From an uncultured Peptococcaceae bacterium (lineage in GTDB: Bacteria > Bacillota > Peptococcia > DRI-13 > DTU073): a stretch of 29,954 bases of DNA. The position numbers and the translations under genes were made by a program. The stretch is taken from NCBI GenBank assembly GCA_964627885.1, contig CAZVLC010000001.1:1-29954 (forward strand). The letters run 5' to 3'. The first letter of the stretch is position 1. Each line of letters starts with the position of its first letter. Below the pieces are notes generated by a model. That model was not told where the DNA came from and searched no databases. It saw only the letters and a program-made list of their open reading frames with translations. Positions 29,568 to 29,954 of the stretch are shown here, piece by piece.

Positions 29568-29954
29568 TTGGATAATGCGGACAAAATAATTGTATATGGT
29601 GGAAAACCATTAAAAGGGAAAATTACGGTGAGTGGCGCTAAAAACGCGGTACTGCCGATTATTATTGCCTCTTTATTGTCGGAGGGAACTTGCCGTATTC
29701 AGGATGTTCCTCGTTTAGCCGATGTCGAGACGATTTGCGATGTGCTCGGCGAATTAGGGGCAACAGTAAAGATCGATCAGGAAGGTGCTCTCCAAATCAA
29801 CTGTCAGGACATCAACAGTCACGAAGCACCTTATGATTATGTTAAAAAAATGCGGGCTTCCGTTTTGGTTATGGGGCCATTGATTGCGCGCTTGGGAAGA
29901 GCAAAGGTTTCTTTGCCGGGGGGATGTGCGATTGGTACCAGGCCGATTGATTTG
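29568..29954 (+). CDS. murA: UDP-N-acetylglucosamine 1-carboxyvinyltransferase (3' truncated by window edge; missing from the ORF track)
   Basis: Translated by hand from TTG 29568: [37 protein letters not shown]...[35 protein letters not shown]. The catalytic Cys is present. Confidence 0.97.
   Translation, partial: MDNADKIIVYGGKPLKGKITVSGAKNAVLPIIIASLLSEGTCRIQDVPRLADVETICDVLGELGATVKIDQEGALQINCQDINSHEAPYDYVKKMRASVLVMGPLIARLGRAKVSLPGGCAIGTRPIDL

Overview
Mostly a conserved housekeeping block from a Firmicute, almost all on the + strand. Class Clostridia, probably Peptococcaceae sensu lato and an endospore-forming lineage, is my inference from ypeB, a Spo0F-like receiver and sigmaH-type promoters. 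Gene order: 'ypeB-argS-rpoE-pyrG-[FemABX transferase-atypical racemase]-spo0F-like-[Cys-rich hypothetical]-fba-tal-glpX-[SDR]-rpmE-DUF1385-prfA-prmC-sua5-mntP-ywlE-rpiB-ywlG-glyA-dCMP deaminase-[dcd, the only minus-strand gene]-wecB-atpZIBEFHAGDC-murA'. This follows the well-known Bacillus/Clostridia argS-to-atp synteny, but rho, tdk and upp are absent from their usual slots. I found no rRNA, tRNA, CRISPR array or mobile element. The best leads are small: (1) two near-consensus sigmaH promoters, one driving an unannotated Cys-rich protein beside Spo0F and one apparently driving a ~70-nt two-hairpin RNA after atpC; (2) a 16-bp palindrome shared by two promoters; (3) a near-consensus sigmaA promoter firing antisense through dcd; (4) a Fem transferase coupled to a racemase with an altered active site; (5) a YwlE phosphatase with an 84-aa coiled-coil insertion. 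All regulatory calls are pattern-based and untested.
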